Source of the DNA: a virus | Taxonomy: Duplodnaviria > Caudoviricetes | IMG/VR virus record: IMGVR_UViG_3300049926_000089 | Coordinates: 1 to 53,013 of that record | Reading direction: 5' to 3' (one strand) | Length of the DNA stretch: 53,013 nt | Shown: positions 52,444-53,013 of the stretch, in pieces | How the letters are laid out: each line of letters begins with the position of its first letter | Numbering within the stretch: position 1 is the stretch's first letter | The notes under the pieces: model-generated | The model's input: only the letters and a program-made list of their open reading frames with translations | Database searches by the model: none | Told to the model about the DNA's origin: nothing | Program-made: the position numbers and the translations under genes

Positions 52444-52928
52444 ACGTCCACCTCTTCGCCGTTGATGAGCAGCGCCTTGATCCGCAGCTTCGATGCCTGG
52501 CCCCGGCTGAGCCCCTCAGTGAACAGCAGCTCCCAGTCCTCGGCGTCGAGCTCCGGTTCGACCACGCACGCCTGGATCAGCGCCTGATAGAACGTCGACC
52601 GGTTGAGCCCGGACTGCGCGTCTTCCGCGTTCACCTCATCGCCGTCACGGCGCGGCGGGTGCTCGTCGACCAGGGTCTGGAACGCCGTGTCACCCAGCGC
52701 CCGCAACACGAACGTGACCGTGCCGTCCTGCATCTCGGCGCGCAACCGCTCCATCTCGGCGGTGATGCGCTGCCGCTCCAGGTCCCCACCGAGCTTGTTG
52801 TTCGGCGGCAACTTTCCGAGCTGCCGCTCGAGGTCGTCGTACTCGCCGGCAAGATCACCGCGCAGGCATACTTCTTCAGTGGCTTGGCGGCGTTTTGCCT
52901 GCTTCAGCAGGGCCTTGATATCGGTCAT
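52404..52928 (-). CDS. tail assembly chaperone (gpG-like)
   Basis: Upstream of the tape measure; 'LVDEHPPR', ends DVPFS. Confidence 0.88.
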   Translation of the reverse strand: MTDIKALLKQAKRRQATEEVCLRGDLAGEYDDLERQLGKLPPNNKLGGDLERQRITAEMERLRAEMQDGTVTFVLRALGDTAFQTLVDEHPPRRDGDEVNAEDAQSGLNRSTFYQALIQACVVEPELDAEDWELLFTEGLSRGQASKLRIKALLINGEEVDVPFSPAGSSENPD

Positions 52929-52998
52929 GGCTCTCCACCCAGATCCCAGATAGAAGTGCGGGCCGGCTCTGGGAAACCCGCCCCCACGTCCGGAACAG

Positions 52999-53013
52999 TC
53001 AGGCGACGACCGC
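52999..53013 (-). CDS. 3' end of probable major tail protein (truncated)
   Basis: Reads ...AVVA-stop; inferred from position before the chaperone. Confidence 0.4.
   Translation of the reverse strand, partial: AVVA

Noticed and set aside
1-53013. Complete circular genome; tRNA or rRNA genes
   Set aside because: The ends do not join (the fibre gene end, neck genes and major tail gene are missing); no tRNA or rRNA-like sequence noticed by eye, and no scan was run

Overview
This window is a near-complete, circularly permuted genome of a high-GC temperate actinobacteriophage (HK97-type head, siphovirus-like tail). The host is probably a mycelial actinomycete (inference). Both edges fall inside the virion module: the left edge cuts a fibre-like gene and the right edge shows only the probable 3' end of the major tail gene, so part of the neck/tail region is missing. 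No host genes are present and a candidate attP is intact next to the large serine integrase, so this is the non-integrated form. Standard modules: packaging/head (terS, terL, portal, protease, capsid, HNH), early/replication genes (resolvase, AAA-type replication ATPase, SSB, Cas4-like nuclease, DNA methyltransferase, SF2 helicase), a Cro/repressor switch, an integrase with a phiRv1-like directionality factor, lysis genes and tail genes. Three things stand out. (1) A ~8 kb block (33.5-41.8 kb) resembles an actinomycete plasmid/AICE conjugation module (GntR/UTRA Kor-like regulators, operator palindrome, DUF2637 Spd-like protein, FtsK-like TraB) with no Rep or integrase of its own, suggesting a conjugative phage. 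(2) A four-gene glycosylation cluster sits between the capsid and head-tail adaptor genes. (3) Small early genes are bracketed by exact direct repeats at their stop/start junctions. All product calls come from motif recognition by eye; no searches were run.
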